Source: Psilocybe cubensis
Taxonomy: Eukaryota
Length of the DNA stretch: 64,000 nt
Assembly: GCA_017499595.2 (NCBI GenBank)
Contig: CM039003.1
Coordinates: 2,852,001 to 2,916,000, forward strand
Direction of reading: 5' to 3'
Part shown: positions 38,768 through 51,937 of the stretch, one piece after another
How positions within the stretch are numbered: the first letter of the stretch is position 1
How the letters are laid out: each line of letters begins with the position of its first letter
Translations under genes and position numbers: made by a program
Notes under the pieces: generated by a model
The model's input: the letters and a program-made list of their open reading frames with translations, nothing else
What the model was told of the DNA's origin: nothing
The model's database searches: none

Positions 38768-39736
38768 ATGAGGATAATTACTCTACCTCTTACAACAGGA
38801 CCCGCTCGAATATCTGCAGCTGCTGCTGCTAACCAAACCCGGTTCACATACTTTGACTTTCAAAGTCCTATCAATGCTTTGCAGTCAGCGTCAGTCATGC
38901 CAGCAACTTCCAGATGGCTTCCAAATAGTGCCCAAATATCCAGCCTGGCTGCAATAAAAGCTGCTAGTGTGTGGTCTGAATTCGGCAAAGCTGAAGGAGG
39001 GTGGAAAGTCAGTTATGTTGTGGTATTCGCGCATTGCACTTTGCTTACTCTTTATTAATATAGTTAAAAGCTTATGAAACTGGACAAGCGCTTATAGACA
39101 AGACAGATTTTGAAGAGTTGGCTTTAAGAAGTTTCAATCCGTCCGATATTAATTGCCAAGATACTGTGAAAATTCCCCTGATATATCCCCCCTCTGTATT
39201 TCCACCCTCAGCATCTGCAGTTCTCGCTGAACTTCAAGCCCATATTGCGTCACGTATCGAACTTCATAAAAAGGGTTTGTATCTATGGTCGGCAGCCATC
39301 CCTCCTACTCTCCCGCTCAAACTTATTCGTAAGTTTTCACTTGCTTTGGAGCAATTTATTGCTGACTTTACATAGCTATCATTCCCAATTTTCCATTTTT
39401 CTACTCTGCATGGCGTGCATGGTCGCACTATCAAGGTTAGAGTTTATGAATGTATCTTTTCTATCTCTGAAATACGCTTTTTTAGCCAAAACGTCTGCTG
39501 AATACTTGCAATCTCTACTCAAACACAATGCAATTGTTCCGGAAGCCAGCTCAGAGCTGGACGAGATATACCTAGTACGGCGGCAGCGTCTTACCATTGC
39601 GACGGCTGAATCTGATATACAGCGTGTGATTTTGACTCACGATGATATCCCCTCCCTCGTTTTGTTTTGCTCTGTAGATTCGGCAAGCCTGAAACGGGCG
39701 ATTGAACAGGTTGCAGACCGACTTGGTAGAAATTAG
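38768..39736 (+). CDS. Putative mitochondrial K+/H+ exchange-related family protein (Mrx19/YDL183C-like), copy 1
   Basis: MRIITLPLT..FTYFDFQ, WSEFGKAEGGWK, DFEELALRS, IPLIYPPS, IPNFPFFYSAWRAWSHY. Family assignment is from memory of this motif pattern. Confidence 0.6.
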
Positions 39737-40050
39737 TACTACTATCATCTTTACCTTCAATGTATCTGGTCTTACCGGTGACGGGCCGTTGTGCCGCTTC
39801 AGTCTCCGCCGTAAACCTTTGATCATTTACTACCAACGAACGAGTCATTGTCCCGAATGCCTAAAGGTCCCCTAAAGCTCCACATTGATTCAGCTTCATG
39901 CCAGTTTATTCAATCTGAGCATTCTTCTGGGCAGTGTGTCTGCCACCTCGCAATGGCTATGTGCCGGTGGAATACGTCAGTGCGTGACAGAGCCGGCAGG
40001 AGACGCGATCAACGGGTATGTTCATGTTGACAATTACAACGGAATACACA

Positions 40051-41221
40051 ATGGCCTCCTCATCTCGTCTGGGGGCTAGAATCAGTGCCATACCTCTTAC
40101 AACCCCGTCGCGCATGCCGTCCTCTGCTGTGCCCACGTTCACGACAAATCGGCTGACATACTACCATTTTCAACTGCCGGATCGCACCAGAAATACAGCA
40201 GGGTGGTGGCCTGACAGAGCCAGGTCAGCCTTTGGAACAACGGAGAGTGGATGGAAGGTGAGTCACCACGTCCAGATCTCATTGAGTTGCTTGAGTTCAG
40301 ATTTTTGTTTAGTTAAAGTTTCGCCATGCTTTACGACGGATGATGGACAAGATTGAATTCGAAGAGCATGCGTTGAAGGGGCTTAATCCTGCAACGGGTC
40401 CATCCATTCCCAACCGCAGTAGGATGCTCTGGAAATTCTGGGAGAAGCGAATAGACACGAACAAGCCAGTAAGTGGGTATACTATGTTTTCTGCCTGCTA
40501 CCGACTCATGCAAAAAACAAGGTACAGATCCCTTTGCTATACCCCCCATCTCTCTTCCCTTCCCCTTTCTCCGCGCTTTCGGAGCTAAAGGCGCACTGTT
40601 CCTCCCGTTTATTAAGCCATCAAAGTGGATTCTGTCTGTGGTCTGTTGCTATCCCGTTCACTGCACTTGTCCACTTTATCCGTAAGTTGTCGTCAGCGAG
40701 CTGAGCTGCTGACATATTCACATTTGTGTATTGCAGCTGTGTTCCCCAACTTCCTATTCCTTCTCTCTGCGTGGCGTGTGTGGTCACATTACAAAGGTCT
40801 GTCTTGTTTTTCCTTTGCTAACGACCTGGTTTCTGAATGTAATCTAGCATACAAATCTGCAGTGTATCTACAAAAACTGCTTGACCATGACATGATCGTA
40901 CCCGAAGCAAGCACCGAACTGGATACCGTTTACTTACGGCCTCCGGATCAATTTCAATCCTCCCAGAATCCAGGCGAGACGAAGTACACCGAATCCACTA
41001 TTCCATCTTTACCGCGCCTCTTGCTGACACATGAAGACCTCCCTTTACTTCTGTCCATATTTGAGTCTTATGAGTCCAGACGGGAATCCGGTGCTGCCAC
41101 ATCCGCGGCTGCGGAGGTGAATTTGAGACGGGCAATTGCCCAAGTTCAAGAGAGGATTCAGTATACAGTTAAGCTACGCCTGGCGTGGCTACGCTGCAGT
41201 CATCGAGAGGCTCAAGTTTAA
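40051..41221 (+). CDS. Putative mitochondrial K+/H+ exchange-related family protein, tandem copy 2
   Basis: RISAIPLT..LTYYHFQ, GWK, IEFEEHALKG, IPLLYPPS, FPNFLFLLSAWRVWSHY, IVPEASTELD. Splices in frame and is clearly paralogous to copy 1. Confidence 0.6.
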
Positions 41222-41292
41222 ACGGATGTCCCATCCTGCTATGCATTACATGGTGCGTCTCTAATGTATATGCCAGCAGTGTATACTTGAGA

Positions 41293-44056
41293 TCACTTAC
41301 GAATGAATACATAGTAAAATATCAAAAGAACCGCCAGACAGGAAATCGGTAACATGAGCATATTGCAGTTTTCACGCACTGCATATTCCCATTGGCACAT
41401 ACTCCACAGGTCTCCAGTATCTATAACTGCGGATGTTGCTTCTTTCGCATCAATGGTTCGGAGGAGATGATGGGCGCGCTTGGACGCTTTGCTAGCCTCT
41501 TTTGAACGACACAATCTGGCTTGCGTCTCAGCCTGTCCCTTCAAAGAGAGCCCAACCATGAACTTGTTTTCCATGTGCTCAAACATCATTTCAGAGCGTT
41601 GGAAGAGGGCTAGTGCCTGATTCAATGTTCCGCGTACGCGATTCATTTCTGCGAGGTGGAATACGCAAAACCCCATCTGTGCATCGTTTCTCAGCGGCTT
41701 GAATTCCTCGAATGCCTCTTTGAGACCGGTCTCTGCTGCGTCGTAGTCTCCTTGTAGGTACAGGGCAATAGATTTCTGGTATAATGCAATTGCAGCCTCT
41801 CTCCTGGGGCCATGGACCAAATAATAGGCTCTTGCATTTGAAGAGTACCTGATGGACTCTGATTGGTTTCTGTTCCGGTATAATCTTCCAAGCTCTCGGT
41901 CACAATCGGCTCGGCAGGAGTGGTCTTCAGCTGGACAGGAATCCCTAACCGTTTCCAACGCCCGTAAAGCCTCTGAGAAGCTGTTGTCCTGGAAGTGGAC
42001 GATTGCCATTCCACGTTGAGCGGAAGCTCTCTCCCGAAAATTTTCCTCAGATCGGTTATAAGCGCTGGAGTAAAGCCCCAAAGCACGCGTGTGGTCCCCA
42101 CGAAGTCGATAAATCTCTGCTAGGTATATCTCAGCCTGAGATGTCCACCTTGTCTGTTCCAGGCTTCTTCCCATGTTTGCCGCTTCCTCCAAAGCATTTA
42201 TTGCTTCAGGGTAATTGTCCAGTCTGAAATACAGTACCCCGAGCCGCAGCAAGGCAAGAGGATATATATGATTCACCATTTCCACTGAAAAAGGTGATTC
42301 ATTGTCATGGTCAAGCTGTTGGGTAAATTTGTTAATCCCAAGCAACTTATTCCTCAAAATTTGGACACTTTTCTCGGCTATATCTGTGCTCGGCGTGTTC
42401 CATATAAGATAGTTGCAGTAGTCCATAGCAATCCATATGGCGGGTTCAAAATCGTGTTCCAAAGCATCTGAGAGGATAGCTTCTGCATTGATTTGCTCGT
42501 CAGATAGGCGCCGAGCATGAGACAGGAAGTCTTTGGCTCCTGGCTCGGCCCCTGCAGCATGAATCAACTGAAAGTAGAACTCCTTAATTTGTGCTCTATA
42601 TTTGCCACTAAGAGCATGGTTTCGAAGCATATACGACCGTATAGTAGAGTGCATCTGTAATATGAATGGAGAGTTGGTAATCAGAGAGGTCCTGACAAGG
42701 ACTGCTGCTACACGGTCGACATCTTGGATTCGTGAAATATCCCAAAGACTCTCATGCCTTATTCCGGATGGTAACGCTGCAATCATGCGTAGCAGTGTAA
42801 TGGCGTTGGGCCGGGACTTTATCAAAGGACCTTCAAGTGACATTTCAATCCAGCGATCGAGGACGTCCATTGGATCACCATCGTGGACACCAAGTGAAGA
42901 AGTAAAATTATACTGGGCCATCAGCCCCCTGTTCCATATTTCTAATATCCTAGAGGTTGTATAGCTCTCCTGGGCAGATGATGCCATGAGAACAATAGGG
43001 AGTGGTATACAGTCAACGGCACGCAGCAAGTCTTCTAGTCGATCATCGATTGATCTTGAGGGAGCTAGGCTGGTAAATAATTGTTTTGACGCTTCTAGTG
43101 TCAGTGGTTCGATTGCGTCAAATTGGTGCCAAGACACACCGAGATGAGTAACAGGGTCGTAAGCATTGCGAGTGGTAAGGACAATTGTTAACTGCGTAAA
43201 TTGCGACAGAAATTTGAGGATGTCTTCAACAGCTTGCTGCACTCCATGAGGCTCCCACATGGTTTCAAAGTTGTCCAAAACCAAAATTCGAGGGATATGA
43301 TTGCTGGCCTCCAGAAAATATTTGATATCCTTTCGTCTATCATTCGACGCTGTAAGCTCCAGTCCTAGGCTGTCGGAAATGTATTCGAGGAGTTTTGATG
43401 CCTTCATGGTATCCTCTACTTTTGATGCTTCCCGACAACTAACCCAGTGCCGTGCATCTTGGAAATACTTGATGACGAGGGAGTCGTGAATAATCCCAAT
43501 GGCTATTGTAGTCTTTCCCATTCCAGGACCACCTTTAATTGAAATATGCCTTTTGACCTTCAACTTATCCTTAAATTGAGAAAGGATCTTGTCTACGGCA
43601 TCCTTGACGAGTTGATCGCGACCGTATATTTCTACAGCAGGAGGAAGTGATAGGATGTGAGCAGATGACGATGATACGTTATACTCTTTAAGAGTCAAGT
43701 TGAATGATGCGGCTGCACATAGTACCACTGCAGCAATGACACCTGTACAGGAGAAAAAGCAACCTTTGGATCTTCTTTGGTCGTTTGGGGAAGAAGCAGA
43801 AGAGATGGAAGCCTGTGTATCCTCTTTGTCTTCTTCATCCTGAAACCTCGCTCTCTCTAGGGACTCTCCGGTCTCAGTACGAGGAAATACATTTATGTTT
43901 AATGTCCCGCTTAGGACCGGGGCATGTTGGATCTAATTGGGTGGAAAGATCTGTTAGCGAGAATGTTGGTGTAAGATTTGGAAAAAATACCGTTTTGGCA
44001 ACAAAGGTGCCGCCTTGTACAAGTACGTTTTTTGCACCGTTCCACATGCCAGCCAT
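41293..44056 (-). CDS. NLR-like STAND protein: short N-terminal motif, NB-ARC-like NTPase, TPR repeats, C-terminal transmembrane tail
   Basis: Walker A GGPGMGKT, Walker B ILVLDNFE, LTTR, C(I)PL(P)I, and TPR-like helices (LGVLYFRLDNYPEAINALEEA etc.). Two short 5' introns join MAGMWNGAKNVLVQGGTF to the 811-aa ORF. Ends MLMLPISCLAVLLIFYYVFIRK. Confidence 0.85.
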
Positions 44057-44408
44057 GAGAAGGTCAATCAATGTCTTGTGAAGAAAGCAGACTATGCACT
44101 GCCGAGAAATATGTGCTCGGTCAATGTTCTATTAATAGATTTGCCACGCATCTCGCACGGGACAGGGACAGCAGGGTTACATTGCCTGCTTGATTTCTGA
44201 TCACTGGGAAATAAAACAACGTATACTTGCGACAATTGATTGAATATTCACATTCATATCTCCAGCGATAAGACCGTTTTTATCATTTAAAGGGAAAAGG
44301 CGTTGTCTTCCACGTAGGTTTAAATTGGATACAAAATCAGATTCATACATGAAAATTGAAATACATATGCATATGCTTACACTACAGAGTATTTATCCCT
44401 TGAAATGT

Positions 44409-47400
44409 TCAGGTGTTTGTTGAATAAGAGCTATACCATTCCTGCCCGTGCAAAAATTTAGAGAAATCTAGGCGGATTGGATTATTTGCAAAGATCGCAA
44501 CCGTGCTTTCCGGACGCTGTAATGCAGGCAAATACGTTTGGGGAATGCAGATGATCAATTCACCATGGACTCCGCGTATCCACCCGTCACCGTCCACTTT
44601 CGAAATATCGACAGAAGGCAATTCCTCGTGGCCGACTGTCTCCGCCTCTACCTTCCACACCCGAATTGTACAATCATCCGATCCAGACACAATCTGGTCT
44701 CCATTTTGCGAAAAGGCAAGAGAGTTTACAAAACCAACATGCCCTTTAAATGGAGGCAGAGACTTTACCAATGGGTAGGTGGCCCAATCCCATACAATGA
44801 TAGTGTGGTCTCTGAGGGCGACAGCGATACGGGAAGGACTATGTAGCGATAGTGAAACTGAGGTGACCTGTGTGCCTTGGTCATCAGTAATATTCAATGA
44901 ATCTTCCAGTATATCTCCTGTGTTAGAGTTCCAAATGGTGGCCGTGCCATCAATAAAGCAAGCGATTATCAGTTCTCCATCAGAGATGAAGCCAACATTG
45001 ATAACGACTTTATCCCCACGAGCAACGAAGCGACGTTTCATACTTGCTTTTGTCTCTAGAACATCCCAAACCTGGATTACACCGCGTTGATGACCGATTA
45101 CAAACTGTCGCCCATCCTGAGAAAAGTTCATAGAAACCACAGCGTCAGGATGATCAATGGGTAGGCGTTCAGTTACTGTCCCGGTTTCAGTATCCCACAG
45201 GAAGACGTCCCCATCTTGAGAGCCAGAGACAATTGTCTTTCCATCAGGGAAGAAACATACACAGCAAACGGAATCAGTGTGACCCACACAAGGCGATCCT
45301 TGCATCCGTCCGCTGTCCACCACATTCCAGATACAGAGTGTGCAATCATTCGAGGCCGATACAAGTCGTTCTCCATCCGGGGAAAACGAAAACCAATTTA
45401 TTTGGCCAGTATGTCCATGTAGCGGTCCTGCTACGATGCAATCTGTCTCTGTATTCCACAAGCAGACTGTACCATCTTCTGAACCAGAAGCCGCCAAAGG
45501 GCTATTTTGGGAAGGAGACATTGCAACGGATCTAACTGGTCCAGTGAGTTTATAGGAGGGAACACTGCCTGTCTGTGGTGCGTGTTTGGCAGAATTGGCG
45601 TTCCATACTAGAATTATTTGATCTGCGATTGAAGCAATGCGCTGGCCGTCAGAGGAAAATGCCACTGAGCGAACACTTCCCGGAGGACCTATCAGTGGAA
45701 CGCCGTCTAGAGCCTTTGTACTAGTGTTCCACAAGAAAAGCTTCCCGTCTGTAGAGCCGGAGACAAGGTGCTGCCCGTCAGGTGAGAATTTAACCGAGTT
45801 GACAGAAAATGCGTGGCCAGTTAGTGCTACAGGATTCGCCAGTTCTGATAAATCGTCCCATATATATGCATTCCTATCAAAGCATCCAACGGCAATTTGT
45901 TCGCTGTTCGGCGAGAAAGCTACCGAAGATACTATACTGGGGACACTCCAGGAAACAGTTGGGCCCAGAATTGTACCCTGTGCCGAGTTGAACGTCCATA
46001 GGCAAACATTGAGATCACCTGATCCAGACACAATACGCTTTCCGTTTGGCGAAAAGGCAATAGCACGTATGCCCTTTGTATGTGCAGTGACTGGGTTTCC
46101 AATCGTTGAACCTGTAGCAGCATCCCATACTCGAATGGTACAATCATAAGATGCAGAGACGACATAGCGTCCGTCTGGAGAAAACGCGACACAAGTTACA
46201 GAACCAGTGTGTCCAGTCCAAGGGCCTCCAACCGGGGTGCCTGTTGCCACATTCCATAAGCGAATTGTACGGTCACTAGAGCCAGAAAGTATATGCTGTG
46301 CGTTTGGAGAAAAGGCCACACTGTATACCTGGCCAGTATGTCCCACAAACCGGGTATTTTTGATAGCCCCCGTAGTAGAGTTCCATAGACATATAGGGCC
46401 ATCAAGAAGGCCACAAGCTATCCATTTCCCATCCGGTGAGAACTCGACGCACACAATCAGAGTGTCCACCGATATGGAGAGTTCCATTGTTGGCCAATGG
46501 GATAAGCGCCCTTTTATGAGCGTAACTGATGAAGGAAATTTGATGGAATAGGTGCTGTAAATTCTAGAAGAAGAAGGAGCAAATGGGAGAGCCGATACGT
46601 ATATGTGGGGTGTACTCATTGCAATTATCTTTCCAAAGTACCGAACGAATGTAAGGCCATCTGAAACCATGTCAATCAGCTCTCGAATTCTGTCTGTCAT
46701 TTCACGCTATGCATAGAGATCAGCCACGATTGATTAACAAGAGAACAGGAGCATTACCGAGTCAGAAATGATCAAACCAATTTGAAGCCATTTTGTAGCA
46801 ACGGTGATGGCTTCAACAGCAATTTGCACGTTTTGAGTGACACTAAGGATCTCCAACCAGAAAAGGAACTTGTTGAAAAAGAAAGTTTCAAGTTTCTCAA
46901 GCAGTTCGATGCTGAACGCAGAGCGAGTCAAATGGTCACCCCAGAATCGGCAGGCATAGAGTAGAGCAGGAGAAATAAACCTATTAATGCGTGAATGGAG
47001 GTCGTCCACATCGGTGTTTAGGAGATGCGAGGATTCGAGTCGACAAATATTGAATGTGAGTTCATGTATCATCAATCCAAGACAAGCGTTCGCCAGTTCC
47101 TCATGCGCTGTAGAAATGTCAACAGAGAATGTAAGATTGGGCTCATCAGGAACCAGCACCCCCTTAGGTAAGCAAAAGTTGGCTTACCTCCGAACCTTTT
47201 CAACCCTTCTGCACTCACACTATTCTACATTTTTGAACCACAGATATGTAGGTTATGCTTCTTTGAACACATCTGTGGTTTTTTTTTTCAAAAAAATTTT
47301 GATCTCAAGAAGTTATAAAGATTTTAATTTTTTTCCTTTTTTTTTAGTCTAACACGTCAGAAATGGTGTTTTCTCGAGTTTGGGAGATTTTCGAAAATTT

Positions 47401-50277
47401 GACAATGTTCTTTTGGCCGCTTATATAATGGTACACGTGACCACACGTGACAATAAGTCACGCCTAAGTAATACCTCTCAGACTCATTATGGACTTCCAG
47501 AGACTACAATTTGACCTCTGAGGTGTAATTCTATTATTGTGGGCATAAAGGCTAGTAGTAAGGATTGTATATGCACATTTATGAATTTTTTTTTTTTAAA
47601 CTTTTTGTCTGAAACCATTTTCCGTCAACATAACTTTTGATTTTTTTTTCGAGCTGGATTTTGGCCGCTCTTGGCGCCAAGCCCATTGATTACGTAAGGG
47701 TGCTGGTTTCTGATGAGCCCAATCTTATGTGGATTCGATTCACTTATGAGGAAGTCGCGAAATGATGTATGAAGAGGCACAACAGGTAAGTGATGATTTC
47801 CAGAAGTGACGTTACTCATAAGTGAGCCCATGCATTCGACCACCGCGGGAACCGACTCGTCATCGTAGTCATCGTCGTGAACATTGAACCGTCGCAACTC
47901 AGTCAGGGTATCCACAGAAAGGGATTCAAACGCAGCCAAAAGCTGTCCCATGACTAAGCAAAACCTTGGACGCACGATGGTCCATTTGTCGGGTGTGAAA
48001 TGTGCGGATAGCACTTCGGTGTACAGGCTGTAGAGGTTGGAGGCGAGCCCTTCACCAAATTTTTTGTCGTCTTCGCGACCGCCGAGAAGGCCACGTAGGC
48101 AGTCTTTCTCGGTATAACCTGCTGGACGCTTCTTGAGGTGTCCACAGGCAACTGAAGCCCATTGGAATAGCCCATTAGCTTTATTCACCAAATCGTCGCC
48201 ATGTTTCTCGTATAGGTGGGGTTTCAAGTGGGTTTGAAAGTACAGGCGAATGTCGTCCTCCACTTTGGACGCTAGGTTGGGATCGTCCATCTGGATGATT
48301 TTGAATGGAGGATCAAGAATGGCGCGGAAATAAGACTCGATATTACCCTCTGACCTTGAGGTGATAAGCACACGAAAATTAAGAGGGAGCCTTTTAAGGG
48401 ATCGCGAAAGGAAATGTGCCATCGTCTCCGGATCTCCGCTTTCGTCAAGGCCATCAATAACAATGAGGTCAGGAGTTTTCATGGCCTTCACTGCCAGAAG
48501 GGGCCTCAAAAGTAGAATTTCAAATAGCTGATCGAAGTCATCAGAAGTTCTGAGAAGCGTATTGTTAGCGATTATTTTGCCTAGCTCGAGTTTGAACAAT
48601 GGATAGCGGTCAGCCATGTCGCGAATGATGGTTGTGAAAAGATAATGGTCCGTCTGCTTAGATCTCTGGGCCCGAACGAAAGAGAAGTAAGATCCGGGAT
48701 GCTCATCGAAACAGAAGCGTGACGCGATTTCAAACGCTATGGACGATTTCCCAGTGCCCAGTTTGCCGAATAAGACGAGACAACGTACAGATTGCTGGTT
48801 GCTGATCCAGTCAAGAATGTATTCCAAGAAATCAGCGCGGGTGCCCTCGAGGCACCCTGATCTGTTACCAGCCATACTCCAACCAGATCTGTAGGGAAGA
48901 TCGTTGATCTTCGCGTTAAAATCTGTGGCCCAAATACAATAAATGTCTTGAAAAACAGTGCAATATTTGGACGCACCTAAAGTTGTGGTGTCATTGGACA
49001 AGATACTGAGGCTCTGCTGAATCAGGTGCACAGCGATTTGCATATTGATGATGCCGTTGTCCACAAAGTCCCGCCTCAGGTTCGTAAGAGTGTCGCAGAG
49101 AGTTTGAATTTCATCACTCGCCTCTCCAGTGATGTTCTTAAACAAACGTTTAACTGAAAGGACCTAAGTAAAAGAAGTTGTTATGAAAACATATGGAGAC
49201 ATACCAAATTGTTTATCGCTCGCGTAGCGCTGGATAACGTCATTGCAAATGGAAACATGCTTTAACATGGTCTTGAGAATTAGCGCTTGATTCGAGCCTG
49301 GCTTAATAGCTACGAGAATGTCTTTCGCCTGTGTCAAATCGAATGTATCGCGCATAGCTTTGACCAGCATCACGACGTTTTGGTCTCGCTCGAATTGAGA
49401 AAGAATCATCTAGAATTTATATGAGCACAGCTTCAAGAAAAAGATGCTTAGTGGGCACCTCGGGGAATGCAGAAAGAATACCCCAGGCCAATTCAGTATA
49501 CGGGTGAATCTGTAGATCGTTAAAAAAGGTAACGGGAGGTCATATCAACGCACTTCTGCCACATCTTTCACTGTCTGCATAACCCATTGAACGTTCTCAA
49601 CCACACCCCTCCACTCATCGTGGATATTGATTGCCTTGACGGTTCTATCAGCGTTATCCAGTGCTGATTCGGTCTCTTTTATCATCGAGTCAAGCGGTAA
49701 AACACTTGGTCCATTTAGAGTTACAGGATCGACAGGTTTAGATCGGCTTTCATGAACTTTGATGGTGAGGATAATTTTTAGCTCGTGCCCGTTGATAGTC
49801 ATGACAGTGAATGTGGCCTCTAAATGCCACTGAGATTCGGATGCATCAGAAAAATCATCTATAACTCACCCCTTGCAGTGGATATAGCCTCAACTACCAG
49901 TTTTCCGATCATGATATCGCGAACCCGATGTTTTGCGTGCATAATTAGCGTCAAAGGCGAATGAGAACGTAGTGTGCTGATTGTAGTAGCGCGTTAGTGG
50001 GTATTTTTCTCGAAAAGAGGGGTCATACACATCACTCAGTTTCTCCTCCCACTCCACACAATGTTCAGTACTACGCACTGCCTTGGTCCTCTTCTTGTTC
50101 TTCGCTTTCGTGCTGCCATCGATTGTGACGTAAAACGCCCTGTTTTCGCCGCCCCAGGTTTTGAGAGCTGGAAGCCCGCTTGCTCGGTGAACTTTCCTAT
50201 CGTCATTAAGACCGAATTAGACGTAACAGCTGACCATAAGTACCTGTAATATCGACAACAAGATTGGAGTCTTGCAT
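44409..50277 (-). CDS. NLR-like C2 - helical (Goodbye-like) - NACHT - WD40 protein (HET-E/NWD-like), interrupted by a MITE; possibly pseudogenised
   Basis: Spliced N-terminus VDITVHRASGL..FYVTIDG..KRTK..VEWEE (C2-like). IHPYTELAWGILSA..SQFERD; CLEGTR, GKLGTGKS, IVIDGLDE, ITSR, LHTSFRDFL, YACRFWGDHL, KFLFWLE, PHIYVSALPFAP; about 13 WD40 repeats (GH...VAFSPDG...SGS.D..IRVW). Confidence 0.88.
47134..47725. mobile_element. Non-autonomous TIR element (MITE), 592 bp, TA target duplication (Tc1/mariner-like)
   Basis: Left AGATTGGGCTCATCAGGAACCAGCACCCCCTTAGGTAA and right TTACGTAAGGGTGCTGGTTTCTGATGAGCCCAATCT form a ~36-38-bp imperfect TIR. TA at 47132-33 and 47726-27. Removing the element plus one TA restores the NLR frame (SNPH-TFSVD). 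AT-rich non-coding interior. Confidence 0.93.
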
Positions 50278-50674
50278 GTTGCCTTTCATTGATTCATTGA
50301 CAACCGTAGCCAATTGGGTATGATCGCGAGAGGACAGTTAGACTGTGAACCGGCAATTCTCGGCTGGCAGACAGGAGGTGGTGATGCGTGACGGATGCAT
50401 CCTAATTGGGAATGCCGAGTAAGTTCGGCATGGAGCCGGAGACAAGCCGGAACTACATAGTTTTTTATCGTTTTCTACATGTCTCATACCTGCATATTTA
50501 CGCAGGTAATACGGTAAGGTATATTCTGAGTAGGCAACTCAAGTAGAGCGAGACGTCTTGAATAGTCACCTTTATTCAATCATTTTGAAGATTCTCGTTT
50601 TCTGGGGTTCTCACGCCCCGTCTTACTCGCATTGCGCGGCTGCCGTCACATCGAAACACATCGATAACTTTGCT

Positions 50675-51937
50675 ATGGACCAGATCCTACACGATCTTCT
50701 CAAGACGAATGATCCTCCATCCAATGATATTATTCAGCTGATCCGAGGCATCCTTTCTGAACCGAGGAGGCAGCTGGAGGTGGTAAAGGCTGACATCCAA
50801 CGCCTTGAAGAAATACAGGCTAATTTAGAAGCCACGATTCACCGCTACGACCCCATTCTGAGCCCAGTTCGTCGCATTCCCCCTGATATCCTCTCCACAA
50901 TCTTTATGTACTGCCTACCGATGGATCGAAATCCAGATATGCGTGCGTCAGAGTGTCCTATGCTCCTGACTCGTGTCTGTAGCGCATGGAGGTCTCTCGC
51001 ACTGTCTTTCCCTCGTCTCTGGACCCAGATACACATACCATATCTTCATTTATCAACTATTCCGCCGCGGTTTCTCTGGGAGGATGCACCAATTCAAGAT
51101 GATGTAGACTTTGGTCAAAGTTCCGCCCCAGCATCCCAGCTGATTGAAACTCTTCGGCGTCGATGCGAGGGAGTCCAAGAATGGCTGACTCGATCAGGAG
51201 AGTGTGCATTGAAAATCTCTATATACTATCACACGCAGTTCTCCTGCAACCGTGATACCTATGGATGGTCCAAGGACTCAACCACCAGCATATTTCTATT
51301 AGCAGCTATCATGCCCTTTGCATCACGTTTTAGAGAACTGGAGCTAGACTCCCCGGATAATATCTACTCAATCTTTGAGACCGCGCTATCATCATGCATC
51401 CTCACCAATCTTGAAAAATTGAAGGTGTCCCTCAAAGATCCATATATTAAATATAATAATCTATCACTACCCCAAAATCTCTTCGGAGATGCGCCTAGCT
51501 TACGCTGTGTATCGATGAATAGACTTCCTGACAAAAACATCAATTCCCTAAGGACCAACACTTCATGGAGGAACTTGACCTCGCTTTCCATCTTTTTCGG
51601 CTGTACACAGCATCAAGTTATGATTCTGTTGGAGCGTTGTCCAAACCTACACCGTGCCCACTTTAGAATTGTAGATGACAATGCTTCGTCGTTCGCGGAA
51701 TTTGCCAACGATGTTATACTGCCGAACCTCAAATATCTGTGGATCATTGAAGAACGAATCAGCAATCGACCCGGTGATGATATGGTCTACAATGGGTTGT
51801 ACAAATATATACATGCTCCCCGACTACAGTATCTCCAATGTCGTGGATCTCGCGAATTGGAGCCGTCGGCCGCATCACTCGAGTTGTTCCTGAAAAGATC
51901 AACCCAATTAGCGCAAATCGGCTGGGTACAAATGTAG
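50675..51937 (+). pseudogene. F-box-like gene truncated at its 3' end by an insertion
   Basis: LSPVRRIPPDILSTIFMYCL...ECPMLLTRVCSAW, WLTRSG. Stops just after LELFLKRSTQL, whereas both paralogs continue well over 150 aa further (LLPRLE...LSP...TW). Confidence 0.75.
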
